A stretch of DNA of 56,135 nucleotides from Gemmatimonadota bacterium. GTDB lineage: Bacteria > Gemmatimonadota > Gemmatimonadetes > Gemmatimonadales > Gemmatimonadaceae. Below the pieces are notes generated by a model, which saw only the letters and a list, made by a program, of their open reading frames with translations, was not told the DNA's origin and made no database searches. Within the stretch, counting starts at the first letter, position 1. Each line of letters begins with the position of its first letter. The DNA is taken from positions 1 to 56,135 of the forward strand of contig JANMLN010000058.1 in the NCBI GenBank assembly GCA_031372565.1, written 5' to 3'. Shown here piece by piece: positions 17,284 to 27,400 of the stretch. Position numbers and translations under genes: made by a program.

Positions 17284-19714
17284 GCGCGCCCTCGTCGACC
17301 GCCGGGATGAGGCCGAGCGTCTCCAGAATGTTCGTCTCGAAGCGCGCGCGGCTGAACTCCAGGCCGGAGGCTTCAGCGGCGAGTCCGGCGTCATGCTGGC
17401 GCGCAGGGTTCCCGAGGAAGAAGCCGAGCCCGTCCGCGAGCGCCGCAGCGTCGACGCGGGAGACGATGCATCCCGTGCGCTCGTGCTCGATCAGCTCGGG
17501 GAAGGGACCCACCGCGAACGCGACGGTCGGGAGACGCGCAGCCTTCGCCTCGATGACCACGGCTGGCATCCCTTCATACATCTCGGGGAGCGACGGTGCG
17601 GCAAGCACGGCCGCTCCGCACATCTGCGCCAGCACATCATCGCGTCGCCCGAGGAAGCGCACGTGACCGGCCAGATCAGGCTGTGCAGCGCGTGCTTGCA
17701 GGTCGTCGATGTAGCCAGCCTCGGGCTCCCAGGCGCGCAGGTCACCGATCACGTCGCACGTGGCGCTCACGCCGCGTGCGCGGAGCATCGCGATTGCGTC
17801 GAGCAGGAGGTGCGCCCCCTTCTCACGAATGAGCTGGCCGACGAACAGGACGCGCCATGGGTCGCGTGGCTGCGTGAAGTCGGGCACGTCATCGCGATAC
17901 AGATGGTTGGGTACGTAACGCGCCTTCCGGGCCGGCACCCCGCGCGCAATCAGCTCGCGGATCACGTATCGCGAGTTCCCGATGAACCAGTGCACGGGCG
18001 GATTGATCACCCACCGCCAGAGCAGTTGGTAGAAGCGCCCCGGGGCCGGCGCGTTCCCCATGCGCAGCACCGTGCGCACGCCCAGCAGCCGCAACAGCAC
18101 GAGCGCCGGCGCGTTGCGGATGAGCGAGGTGTGCTCGGGACTGACCGTGTGCGTGGGATGCAGATGCCACGCATCGCGCAGCAAGCCGAAGCTCGTCCGC
18201 AGCACATCCTGCGCCATGAGGACAAGCTCGCGCACGGTCGTGGTGTGCCGCGTGAGGCGATACCAGTAATAGCCGGTGCTCCAGGTGGCACCGATCTCCT
18301 CGGCGAGCGCCGCAATCGGATGACGTCCGCGCGGTCCATCGCCCTGTGCCCACGAGTTCGTGATCACGTGCACATGCGCGCCGGTCGTGCGCGCCACGCG
18401 GAGCAGTTCGAAGGTGCTCCGCTCCATGCCGCCGGGAATGACCATGCCACCGCAGGGCGCGAGGATGCGCACGGTACGCTGCCGGACCGGGAGCTGCCGG
18501 CGCCAGCGATCTCCGGCCAATGCCTGTGCCGCGGCCACCAACCCCTCGGCGGCCATGGGGAAGGTGCTCTTGCTGACGGTCCAACGACAGGTGGCGTCGA
18601 TGTCCTCTCCCGCCGCGACACGGGCCCGGAGCGCGCGCACAGCGGCGGCCAGTCCGTCGATGTCGCCCGGTTGAAAGCGCACGCCGCCGCCCGTTGGCTG
18701 CCGCACCAGATCATCGGCGCACCCGCACGCTTCGCTCACCACCACGGGGGTGCCGGCGGCGAGCGACTCGTTCACGACAAGCCCCCAGGTCTCGGTGCTG
18801 CTGGGCAGGACGAGACACTCGCCGGCGCGATAGGCGCGCGGCAGTTCGCGTTGCGTGAGGAAACCGGCGAATGTGGCGCGGACCCCCAGTCGCGTGGCTT
18901 CCGCCTCGAGCGCTGCGCGCTCGGGTCCATCGCCGGCGAAGAGGACCTCGGTGCCGTCGCCCAGGAGGTTGGCCGCGCGCAGGAGCGCCGCCGGCTGCTT
19001 CCGCGCCTCGAGCTTGCCGACGAAGACGAGGGTGCGCACGTCCGGGCCGATGCCGAAGCTCTGCCGCGCACGGCGACGGCCCTCGAGTCCCGTCCATGCC
19101 GCCGCCTGTGCATCGAAGAACTGGTTGTCGACACAGTGGGGCGAGGCAAAGATCCTCGTGGGATCGACGCCGCACGTCAGCAGGTAGAGCCGCGCGCGAT
19201 GGCCAACGGCAAGCGCGGCACCGAACTGGCCGAGGAGCCAGCGCGTGCGCCTCCGCCAGAGGACGCGACGCACACCAGTCGGCGCCGACTGCAGGTTGCT
19301 GTCGCCGCGGTACACCAGCGGAATGCCCCGACGCCGGCAGTGCGCCATCGCGCGTAGCTGGACCTTCGCGTGCCACCCCATGAGCAGCACCACGTCGGGC
19401 GTCTCGGCGTCGATCGCCGCACCGATGCCGAGGGCATCGACCCCGCTGAACGACTCGTAGCTCACGTTCATGTCGCTCGCCGGGTGCAGCACGCGATGCG
19501 TGTACCCCTCGGTGAGGGGCACGTCCCAGGTGACCGGTCGCGAAAACCCCGTGCCCTGTCGCTCCGGCGTGGGCGTGGTGGCGTACACGACCGACAACGT
19601 GAGCCGCGACTCATTCGCCGCCATCCAGCGGAACCACGGCGAGAAGTACTGGATCGGATGCGTCATAACCACGGTGACGCGCACGGGCGGCACCACGCTG
19701 CGGTGCGTGGTCAT
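17273..19714 (-). CDS. Tandem (two-domain) glycosyltransferase family 4, ~813 aa
   Basis: Two complete GT-B units: THPIQY..FVGKL..ETWGLVVNE and GGMER..LFVGQLIREKG..EGMPAVVIE. Start at the ATGA overlap. Confidence 0.88.
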   Translation of the reverse strand: MTTHRSVVPPVRVTVVMTHPIQYFSPWFRWMAANESRLTLSVVYATTPTPERQGTGFSRPVTWDVPLTEGYTHRVLHPASDMNVSYESFSGVDALGIGAAIDAETPDVVLLMGWHAKVQLRAMAHCRRRGIPLVYRGDSNLQSAPTGVRRVLWRRRTRWLLGQFGAALAVGHRARLYLLTCGVDPTRIFASPHCVDNQFFDAQAAAWTGLEGRRRARQSFGIGPDVRTLVFVGKLEARKQPAALLRAANLLGDGTEVLFAGDGPERAALEAEATRLGVRATFAGFLTQRELPRAYRAGECLVLPSSTETWGLVVNESLAAGTPVVVSEACGCADDLVRQPTGGGVRFQPGDIDGLAAAVRALRARVAAGEDIDATCRWTVSKSTFPMAAEGLVAAAQALAGDRWRRQLPVRQRTVRILAPCGGMVIPGGMERSTFELLRVARTTGAHVHVITNSWAQGDGPRGRHPIAALAEEIGATWSTGYYWYRLTRHTTTVRELVLMAQDVLRTSFGLLRDAWHLHPTHTVSPEHTSLIRNAPALVLLRLLGVRTVLRMGNAPAPGRFYQLLWRWVINPPVHWFIGNSRYVIRELIARGVPARKARYVPNHLYRDDVPDFTQPRDPWRVLFVGQLIREKGAHLLLDAIAMLRARGVSATCDVIGDLRAWEPEAGYIDDLQARAAQPDLAGHVRFLGRRDDVLAQMCGAAVLAAPSLPEMYEGMPAVVIEAKAARLPTVAFAVGPFPELIEHERTGCIVSRVDAAALADGLGFFLGNPARQHDAGLAAEASGLEFSRARFETNILETLGLIPAVDEGAHAA

Positions 19715-20595
19715 GGGCGGCGCTCCTCCGGCCATGAGGCGCCGGGAGCGATGGCCAACAGGTATGTCACGTCGGCGGATGGCGGCCCGTCGCGAAAGGC
19801 GCCGGGCTGTTCCCAGTAGCGCACGCGGTACCGATGCGCGGTCAACTGGGCCACGACCTGCGCGACCGAACTCCCGAAGCGCGGCAGCTCCGTCGGATGC
19901 AGTTCGATGAGCAACGCACCGATCCGCGCGGCGCCAAGCGTGCGCTCGAGCCCAGCGAGAGCGAGCCCTTCGGCCCCCTCGATGTCGATCTTGGCGAGCG
20001 ACACGCCGGTGATGCCCGCGGCGTCGAGCCAGTCGTCGAGGCGCAGCGTCGGCACGGTGAGCGCGCCGTGCGCGGCGAGGCGACCAGTCCCCGCGTTGCT
20101 CCCGATGCCGGAGTCGAACGACGCCTCGCCCAGCCGGTCGCTCGCGGCAGCGTTCACGATGGTCAATGACGCCGCGAGGCCATTGAGCGCGAACTGCGCT
20201 TCGACCGCGCGTTGGTGCGCCGGTACGGGCTCCACGGCGACGACGCGCCCGGCAGGCCCGGTCATGGCCGCGAGGCGCAGCGCGGCATACCCCACATGCG
20301 CACCGACGTCGAGCACGGTGCTGCCGGCGTCGACAAACAGCGCGCAGGCGTCGAAGATCGCACCTTCCCACTCGCCGGTCACCGCGATGTGGCATTGGAC
20401 ATGATCGCGCAGGTCCAGCCGCATCGCGAGTCCGTTCGGCAGCACCACCGTGATCGGCTGCCCGTAGCCAGCCAGCATCCATCGCGCGACGGAGGCACGC
20501 ACGCGACCGGGCACGAAGGGCAGCTGTAGCGCGTGCCAGCGCCAGGCCGCCTGCGCTGCGGCTGATCCGATCGGAACTGCACGCGGCGCGCTCAT
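19711..20595 (-). CDS. FkbM family methyltransferase
   Basis: LDVGAHVGY, VVAVEP and KIDIEGAE. Confidence 0.92.
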   Translation of the reverse strand: MSAPRAVPIGSAAAQAAWRWHALQLPFVPGRVRASVARWMLAGYGQPITVVLPNGLAMRLDLRDHVQCHIAVTGEWEGAIFDACALFVDAGSTVLDVGAHVGYAALRLAAMTGPAGRVVAVEPVPAHQRAVEAQFALNGLAASLTIVNAAASDRLGEASFDSGIGSNAGTGRLAAHGALTVPTLRLDDWLDAAGITGVSLAKIDIEGAEGLALAGLERTLGAARIGALLIELHPTELPRFGSSVAQVVAQLTAHRYRVRYWEQPGAFRDGPPSADVTYLLAIAPGASWPEERRP

Positions 20596-21929
20596 GCGGC
20601 GCCTCGGCGCGCTGCGTGAGCGCAAGCCCGGTCCAGCACATCGACCAGCGCCGTCGCCGCCTCAATCGCCAGTGGTGTCACGCGGGCGGCGCTGATCGAT
20701 GCGCGCGGCGTGGCAGACAACGGTCGCTCGGCGAGCGCCACCCACGCCTGTGCCAGCGCGTCGGTCAACGCAGCATCAGGCCCTGCCGTGCCGAACGTGA
20801 TCAGCGCCGTCCGCGCATCGGCCGCGACCCGCTGCAGCACGCGCACGGGATGCGTCCCCTCACGGTACACGGCCAGCAGTGGTGCCCCCGACAACAACGC
20901 GGGATACAGCCGGCTCGGCGTGTAGTGCGCCTCCGTACTGCCGCCGAGCAGCACGGCGTCGGCCCGCGCGAGGAGCTGCAACGCCGCACGATACTCGACG
21001 CGGGATGCGTGCTCGGTCACGAGCCCGTCGACTCCAGCGGCCTGCGCAATCGGCATCGCGAGCGCAGGCGCATCCGCGCGCGACTCGTTGCTCGTGCCCA
21101 CGAAGTGCACGCGCACACGTTCGGCCACCCGGGGGTTGCGTTGCACGGCGAGCGCGAGTCCGTCCAGAATCGCACGCATCACGCTGCGTCCGGCCGGAAG
21201 CAGCGTGCCAACCCAGACCACGTGCACGTGCGGCGTATCGAAGGCGAGCGACGCTGGCAGCGGCGGCGCGGACCGCGCCCACGCGAGGTCTGCCTCCAGT
21301 GCCACCAACGGGACCTCCGCGTGTGGCAGGCCATGAACTTCGGGAACGCGCGCGGCGAGCGCATCGATCGTCCCGTACGACACCGCCGTGATCCCGTCGC
21401 TCGCAACCACCGTGCGTCGTTCCACGGGCAGCGACAAGGCGCGGCTGACGCGACTCCGCAGGTCGGCTCGGCCGTCCGCGGTCGGTCCCACGGAGCTGCC
21501 CCACGCGCCGACCCACGGATCCTGCAGGTCGAGCACGAAGGCAGCGCCCGCCGCCCGCGCGAGTGCGGGCCCGCTCGCCGCTGGCCAGGTGGGGTACACG
21601 GTCCAGAAGAGGGCGTCGAAGCGTTCGTCTTGCAGCAGCGCCTGTGCGCGCTGCCGCAGTGCGCGCCAGCCGCGCAACCCGAGGTCGCCGAAGCCGAACG
21701 TCCGCGTGCGAGCGGGCGACCACGCGGCGACGCGCTCCACGCGCGCCTCCGCGGGAACCAACGCAAGCAGCGCGGGTTCGAGCGCACCCTCGTACGACTC
21801 GGGCGTGAGCGTGAGCACGGTCGGTTCCCAGCCGAGTCCTCGCAGATGCGGCAGCAGCAGTCGCACACGATGCGTTGCCGCACTCGAGTCAGGCGGAAAG
21901 TGCGGGCTCACCATGAGGACGCGACGCAT
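20592..21929 (-). CDS. Glycosyltransferase (GT4-like)
   Basis: VLMVSPHFPP, LDLQDPW and PSRLY, consistent with GT-B layout. Confidence 0.8.
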   Translation of the reverse strand: MRRVLMVSPHFPPDSSAATHRVRLLLPHLRGLGWEPTVLTLTPESYEGALEPALLALVPAEARVERVAAWSPARTRTFGFGDLGLRGWRALRQRAQALLQDERFDALFWTVYPTWPAASGPALARAAGAAFVLDLQDPWVGAWGSSVGPTADGRADLRSRVSRALSLPVERRTVVASDGITAVSYGTIDALAARVPEVHGLPHAEVPLVALEADLAWARSAPPLPASLAFDTPHVHVVWVGTLLPAGRSVMRAILDGLALAVQRNPRVAERVRVHFVGTSNESRADAPALAMPIAQAAGVDGLVTEHASRVEYRAALQLLARADAVLLGGSTEAHYTPSRLYPALLSGAPLLAVYREGTHPVRVLQRVAADARTALITFGTAGPDAALTDALAQAWVALAERPLSATPRASISAARVTPLAIEAATALVDVLDRACAHAARRGAA

Positions 21930-22660
21930 CAGCGCGTGCCCTCCACGTACAACGAGTACGGCGCATGTTCGGCACGGTCGCGCGCGAGCATGGCGTCGCG
22001 CCCCTGCCCAAAGGCTGTCACCTGCACGTCGCGGAAGCCCGCCTGCGCGAAGCGCAGCATCATCGACTCGGCATCGTACCCCCAGCGGTGCTCGTGCCAC
22101 TGGTGAAAGGTGAATGCCAGCACGTCCATGCGGGTCGGCAGATCATCGGGGAACGGAATCGGCACGCCGATGGCGGCGAGCGCGGCGGTCCCCGGTGCGA
22201 GATAGGCCCGCGCGGATGCCGCCGCATCGGGGACGATCACGCGCAGCGTGCCCCCGGGCACGAGGCAACGCCGACAATCGGCGAGCAGAGCGGGGAACTC
22301 ATCGCGCGGCTCGAGATGCTCGGCAAAGTGCTCCATCCGGATCCCGCGGACCGCGCCATCGGCGAACGGCAGACTCGTGCGGCAGTCCCAGCGAATGACG
22401 CCGGGCGCGGTGGCGTCGAGGTCCACGTTCACGAAGCCCGTCAGCGCGTACGGCCCTGACGCCACATTCACGTAGACATCGCGCAGCGCCCGCCAGCGCG
22501 AGGCGCGCGCACGCCACCACGGTAGCCACGCATAGGCGAGGCGGACGCGAACGGCCGCGAGCTCCGCGCGTACGAGCGCGATGCTCGACCGGCTCATCGG
22601 CAGTCGCGCCGTGATCCACGCGCCGAGGCGCTGCTTGAGCGTGCGCGGCGTGCCTGTCAC
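21929..22660 (-). CDS. SAM-dependent methyltransferase domain protein
   Basis: NVASG, VNVD, LPFADG, EHFAEHL and LVPGGTLRVIVPD. Confidence 0.82.
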   Translation of the reverse strand: MTGTPRTLKQRLGAWITARLPMSRSSIALVRAELAAVRVRLAYAWLPWWRARASRWRALRDVYVNVASGPYALTGFVNVDLDATAPGVIRWDCRTSLPFADGAVRGIRMEHFAEHLEPRDEFPALLADCRRCLVPGGTLRVIVPDAAASARAYLAPGTAALAAIGVPIPFPDDLPTRMDVLAFTFHQWHEHRWGYDAESMMLRFAQAGFRDVQVTAFGQGRDAMLARDRAEHAPYSLYVEGTR

Positions 22661-23700
22661 CGGGAGGCCACCATGCGATAGAGCGCCTCGTACTGCGACA
22701 CGATCGCATCCGCATTGAAGCGTACCGCGCAGTCGGCCCGGGCCGCGGCGCGATCCAGTGCGCCGAGGCGCGCGACCGCCGCTGCGGCTTCCGCTTCCGT
22801 GCGGCAGACGTAGCCCGTCACGCCGTGCTGCACGACTTCCGGCACGCTGCCACGCGCGAAGCCGATCACGGGGGTGCCGCATGCCAGCGCCTCGGCCATC
22901 ACGATGCCGAACGGTTCGTCCCAGTCGATGAGCATGAGGAGCGCAGCCGCGCCACCGAGCAGCTGCGACTTCTCGGCGTCATTCACGGGCCCGATCCACT
23001 GGACCTGCTTACCATCCACGTGCGGCGCGATCTCCCGATCGAAGTATGCGGCGTCCGGACCGCTCTCGGTGCGAGGCCCCGCTAGCACGAGGCGGCGTCC
23101 GCTCGCGCGCGCCACGGCGATCGCGTGATGGGCGCCCTTGATCCGGTCGAGTCTGCCGAGGAAGACGAGCGGGGCGTCGTCGGCGACGTGGGCGACAAAC
23201 TCATACCGGTCAAGCTCCACGCCGTTGAACACGGTGCGCCACCGGGCGCGGTGCGCGTTGCCCGCGTGGTCCCACATGTGCGTGCCGCAACCGGTGAACG
23301 CCATCGAGTCGCCGGCCAGTGCAAGCGCAACACCGACGCTCCCCCACGGAATCTCCTCGCGTCCGTACATCTGCAGCTTGCCCACGCCGCGCAGCGGCAA
23401 GACCGGCAGCAGCGCTGCAAGCCGTCCGAAGCTGTGCACCACGTCGGTCTCGCGCCGCCGGTCCCAGAGCGCGTCACCGACCTGCCAGAGTTCCGTCGCA
23501 CGGTCGCGCCGCCGCCAGTGCGTGCCGCTGCCGTACGGAACGAGCGTGGCATCGGTGTGGCTCTCCGGATGTGCGATGAGCGTGACCTCGTGCCCGCGCG
23601 CCAGGAGTCCGCGCACGAGGAAGTCGATGACGCGCTCTGCGCCGCCATACGTCACGGGCGGAACGGGGATGTACGGATCGGCGGTCACGATGATCCGCAC
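22657..23700 (-). CDS. Glycosyltransferase family 4
   Basis: PVPP.TYGGAER, FLGRL..IKG and WDEPFGIVMAEALACGTPV. GGAGG RBS. Confidence 0.92.
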   Translation of the reverse strand: MRIIVTADPYIPVPPVTYGGAERVIDFLVRGLLARGHEVTLIAHPESHTDATLVPYGSGTHWRRRDRATELWQVGDALWDRRRETDVVHSFGRLAALLPVLPLRGVGKLQMYGREEIPWGSVGVALALAGDSMAFTGCGTHMWDHAGNAHRARWRTVFNGVELDRYEFVAHVADDAPLVFLGRLDRIKGAHHAIAVARASGRRLVLAGPRTESGPDAAYFDREIAPHVDGKQVQWIGPVNDAEKSQLLGGAAALLMLIDWDEPFGIVMAEALACGTPVIGFARGSVPEVVQHGVTGYVCRTEAEAAAAVARLGALDRAAARADCAVRFNADAIVSQYEALYRMVASR

Positions 23701-23701
23701 G

Positions 23702-24526
23702 TCAGCCTCCCTGCGGCGTGGCGAGCACCTGTACTTCATGTCCCTCGGACAGGACACGCGTGCCATATCCCGCGGCATGCAACCACGCGAGCGCATCGGC
23801 CGTCGCGATGCCCTGTGCCGCCAGCATCGGTGGATGCAGGCTCACCAGAAGTAGCGGCCGGTCCTGCACCAGCAGCGCGCGCGCGCCCTCCAGGACGGCC
23901 AGCTCTTGTCCCTCCACGTCGATCTTCACGAGCGCCACGCGTCGCGCCAACCGACCGCGTTCCAGATCGAGGGTCGTGCGAGGCACCTCGATCGCGCGCG
24001 CACCGGCGCGGGCCACCGGGCTCGCCTCGGCGTCCGCGACCTCATCCACGATGTGCAGCGTCAGCATGCCCGGCGTGTCGCTGCAGGCCGCATCGCGCAC
24101 CGTGACCCGATCGGCGACGTCGTTGTACCGCAGGTGACGCTCGAGTGCCGCGCGCGTACCCGGCACGGGCTCGAACGCGATGACCCGGCCGGTCGGGCCC
24201 ACGGCGCGCGCGCCAAGCACCGCGTACGTGCCCAGGTGTGCCCCAACGTCGAATACCAGATCGCCCGCGTGCAACGCGGCCCGATACGCATCGTAGCCTT
24301 CGCGCTCGACCCGCTCCCAGCTCACCGTCGTGAACGCGGCGTCGAGGCGAATCGGCTCGCCGCCGACATGCACCACCACGCCGTGACCGCCGGCCGCCCC
24401 GCGCAGTGCCGCTTGGTAGAGCGGCCGCACCGCCCCCCACACCGGTGAGAGGGAGCGCAACCCGGGCGCATGACGAATCGCGGTGCCGACGCGCCGCATC
24501 CATCCCGCCAGCATTCCGTGATTCAT
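23702..24526 (-). CDS. FkbM family methyltransferase
   Basis: FDVGAHLG, VIAFEP and KIDVEGQE. Confidence 0.92.
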   Translation of the reverse strand: MNHGMLAGWMRRVGTAIRHAPGLRSLSPVWGAVRPLYQAALRGAAGGHGVVVHVGGEPIRLDAAFTTVSWERVEREGYDAYRAALHAGDLVFDVGAHLGTYAVLGARAVGPTGRVIAFEPVPGTRAALERHLRYNDVADRVTVRDAACSDTPGMLTLHIVDEVADAEASPVARAGARAIEVPRTTLDLERGRLARRVALVKIDVEGQELAVLEGARALLVQDRPLLLVSLHPPMLAAQGIATADALAWLHAAGYGTRVLSEGHEVQVLATPQGG

Positions 24527-25749
24527 CGGCGCACTCCCGCGAGCGCGTGTGCTGCCGATGCGACCGACGCGCGGCCTTGCACCGCGGTCGAGAAGCAGGC
24601 GTTCGCGGCCGCATACCGCACATCGCGTGCCGAGGCAGCCTCGTGCGGGGCCGCCAGCCACGGCGCCAACGCATGCGCCAGCGCGGCCCCATTGCCGGCA
24701 GGGTAGAGGCCTCCGTGCGCGGGAAGCGTCGCCATCACCTCGCGCTGACCCGCGGTATCGCTCGCCACCACGCGCAGCCCAGCCTGCAGGTAGTGGAAGA
24801 GCTTGTTGCTCGTCGTGAGCTTCTTGTTCTGGCAGTGCGGCTCCTCGAGCGCGAGCCCCACGTGGTGGGCCGACACCAGCGCGTGCAGCGCACTCGGTGG
24901 CACCCAGGGCTGCCACGTCACGCGCGTGGCCAAGGCGTGGCCGAGTGCGCCGGTGATCCAGGCGCGCGCTTCCTGCGAGGCGTTGCCGACGAGGGTCAGC
25001 TGCCATGGACCGCTGACCTGCTTGAGCGCGACGCAGAGCGCTTCGAGGCCGCGGCCACGGCCAACCGCGTGTGACAGCCAGAGCAGGCGGAGCACGTCGG
25101 CGTCCGGCGCGGCCAGCATCGGTTCCTGCGGATTGCCATTGTACACGACGCCCGGTACGTCCATGCCGTACCTCGCCGCCAGCGCCGTCGCCATCGCGTG
25201 CGACGTGGTTGTCGTCGACCGTGCTCCCGCGAAGACGCGTGCCTCGAGGCGCGCCAGGTGCTGGAGGCCGCGGTCATCGGGCGCCAGCTCGGGCCGGTTC
25301 TCCGAGTACCAGTCCTCGATGTCGACCGCCACGGGCCACTCGTCGCGCAGCAGTCGTTCGCCAACCCAGAGCGCCGGCTCCAGATGCAGCACGGTGAGGT
25401 CGGCATGTTCGCGGCGCGCGATCCGCTCCAGCCGGTCGACGGAGTACCCGAGCACGTGCGGATCATCGCCGAGTCCGAGTCGCATCCGTGCGCGACCGGC
25501 GAATCGCCGCACACGGGCCCGCGTCCGCGCCACGCGTGAGCGCCACGTGCCGCCGCGCAGGTCGGCGGCGACGGCGAGGCGCCATGCGCGACCGCTCTGC
25601 AGCGCGAGGTCCTGCTCCCCCGTGGCGGCATCGAGCCAGACGCCCGTGACGGTCACCTCGTGACCCACCGCGGCGAGGGCATCGGCCTCGCGCCACACGC
25701 GCGGATTGGTCGACACGTGCCCGCTGGTCACGATCAGGATGCGCGCCAT
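24523..25749 (-). CDS. Glycosyltransferase (GT4-like)
   Basis: NPRVWREADAL, DIEDW, GRGLE and SNKLFHYLQAG. Confidence 0.85.
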   Translation of the reverse strand: MARILIVTSGHVSTNPRVWREADALAAVGHEVTVTGVWLDAATGEQDLALQSGRAWRLAVAADLRGGTWRSRVARTRARVRRFAGRARMRLGLGDDPHVLGYSVDRLERIARREHADLTVLHLEPALWVGERLLRDEWPVAVDIEDWYSENRPELAPDDRGLQHLARLEARVFAGARSTTTTSHAMATALAARYGMDVPGVVYNGNPQEPMLAAPDADVLRLLWLSHAVGRGRGLEALCVALKQVSGPWQLTLVGNASQEARAWITGALGHALATRVTWQPWVPPSALHALVSAHHVGLALEEPHCQNKKLTTSNKLFHYLQAGLRVVASDTAGQREVMATLPAHGGLYPAGNGAALAHALAPWLAAPHEAASARDVRYAAANACFSTAVQGRASVASAAHALAGVRR

Positions 25750-26672
25750 CAGCTGCCGACTCGCGGCCAGCTGAAGGCGAGCCGGTGCGCCAACTCCGCG
25801 CCGTCGACGCCGTCCAGCATCACGAAGCGCGAGCGCTCGAGCGCGGGCTCCTCGCGCGTGGCGAATCCCTCGTGCGTCGTGAACGCCGTGCGGATGCCGG
25901 CCTCCTCGAGCACCGCGCGCGTGACCGCGGTGTAGTCGTGCGCCGGTCGGCCGTTCGGATAGGCGAACGCGGTGGGCCGCTGCCCCGTCCACGCTTCCAC
26001 GGCATCGAGCGACGCCACGATCTCCTCGCCCTGCACATGGCGCGGCGCGCGAGCGAGCACCAGATGCGTCGCGGTGTGCGCGGCCACCGTGATGAGCGGA
26101 TCGCGCGCGAGGCGCTGCAGCTCCGCACTCGAGAGCGGTGCCACGGGATCGTCTCGCGTCACTCCCTCCGCATGCGCATTCACCAGCGCGTGCCAGTCGG
26201 CCCATGGCAGCGTCTTGGCCGCCTCGACGGCCGCCTCGCCCTCGGCGCGCGCGACCGCGTCAAACCAGAACGACTGCCCCTGCGCAATCGGCGCCGTACA
26301 CGCGAACAGCACGGCCGGCACCGCATGGCGCTGCAACGCGGGGAGGGCATGCTGCAGCACGCCACGATGACCGTCATCGAAGGTCACCAGCACCGGGCGC
26401 GGGGGCATCGGGACCGTACCCGCCCACACGGCTTCGGCGTCGGCCAGCGTCAACGCGTCGCAGTGCGCGGCCACCAGCGCGCAATGCGCATCGAAACGCG
26501 CGGCGCTCACGTGCAGCCCCGCGAACGGGAGTTTGGTCCGGTCCGCATCGTCGGCCAGCACCGCGTGGTAGCACAGCACCGCCACTCCCGGAAACGGACG
26601 TGCTTCGAGTGCGGCACCATAGGCACCGGTCGCGTGCAGGACACGCTTGGCGGCGGCGCGCATGTCGCTCAC
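25749..26672 (-). CDS. Polysaccharide deacetylase (CE4/NodB)
   Basis: VLCYH, VTFDDG, HTATH and FAYPNG. Confidence 0.92.
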   Translation of the reverse strand: MSDMRAAAKRVLHATGAYGAALEARPFPGVAVLCYHAVLADDADRTKLPFAGLHVSAARFDAHCALVAAHCDALTLADAEAVWAGTVPMPPRPVLVTFDDGHRGVLQHALPALQRHAVPAVLFACTAPIAQGQSFWFDAVARAEGEAAVEAAKTLPWADWHALVNAHAEGVTRDDPVAPLSSAELQRLARDPLITVAAHTATHLVLARAPRHVQGEEIVASLDAVEAWTGQRPTAFAYPNGRPAHDYTAVTRAVLEEAGIRTAFTTHEGFATREEPALERSRFVMLDGVDGAELAHRLAFSWPRVGS

Positions 26673-27400
26673 GCGCCCTTCCATGCGGCGAACTGCACGT
26701 GCGACTCGTGCCACAGCACGCGTGCAGCGTCGCGCTCGCCCGTGCGGCCGCGCGTGATCACGCGCCCGAACCCGGCCCGCTGCAGTTGTGCCACGGTCCG
26801 GCTCGGCGGCGCGGAGTACAGCAGCTGTTCACCGCCGCCGTCTTCGTAGGACATGTACCACTCGCGCGCCATCGCATTGCGGCGCTGCCGCCAGAGGAAG
26901 CGCGCCGCGTTCACGTAGCCTTGCAGGTACAGGAAGCCGCCGCTGAAGGTGGCCCCGATCAGGTTGTGGCTGCTCATCACGAACGGGCACCCCGGCTTCA
27001 ACACGCGATGCGCCTCGCGCAGGCACCGCTCCCGCGAGGCCAGCGGATACAGGCAGTCGAGGCCGTTGTAGCTGAACAGCACCGCGTCGAAGGAGCGGTC
27101 GGGAAACGCGAGCGCCGATGCGTCCATCTCGCGGAAGTCGAGCGTGGGGGCCAGTCGGCGCGCTTCGGCCAGGAGCTGCGTCGACAGGTCGATGGCGACG
27201 ACGGTGTAGCCGGCCGCCGAGAGCGCGATCGTCGTGCGACCTGCGCCACACCCCAGGTCGAGAATGCGCGCGGGGGCGGGCGGGAAGCATTCCGCCACCA
27301 GCGCGGCTTCCCACGGCGTCAGCGTCTGCGAACGCGTGTACTCGTCCACGCTCCAGGTCGAGCCATAGGTCGACACATTGGCGGTCGTCACGTCACGCAT
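26669..27400 (-). CDS. Class I SAM-dependent methyltransferase
   Basis: ILDLGCGAGR, FPDRSFD, NGLD and RVLKPG. Confidence 0.9.
   Translation of the reverse strand: MRDVTTANVSTYGSTWSVDEYTRSQTLTPWEAALVAECFPPAPARILDLGCGAGRTTIALSAAGYTVVAIDLSTQLLAEARRLAPTLDFREMDASALAFPDRSFDAVLFSYNGLDCLYPLASRERCLREAHRVLKPGCPFVMSSHNLIGATFSGGFLYLQGYVNAARFLWRQRRNAMAREWYMSYEDGGGEQLLYSAPPSRTVAQLQRAGFGRVITRGRTGERDAARVLWHESHVQFAAWKGA

Noticed and set aside
19715..20665. Apparent 1130-aa giant glycosyltransferase
   Set aside because: The first ~317 codons overlap the FkbM gene in another frame. The coupled start at 19714 gives ~813 aa.
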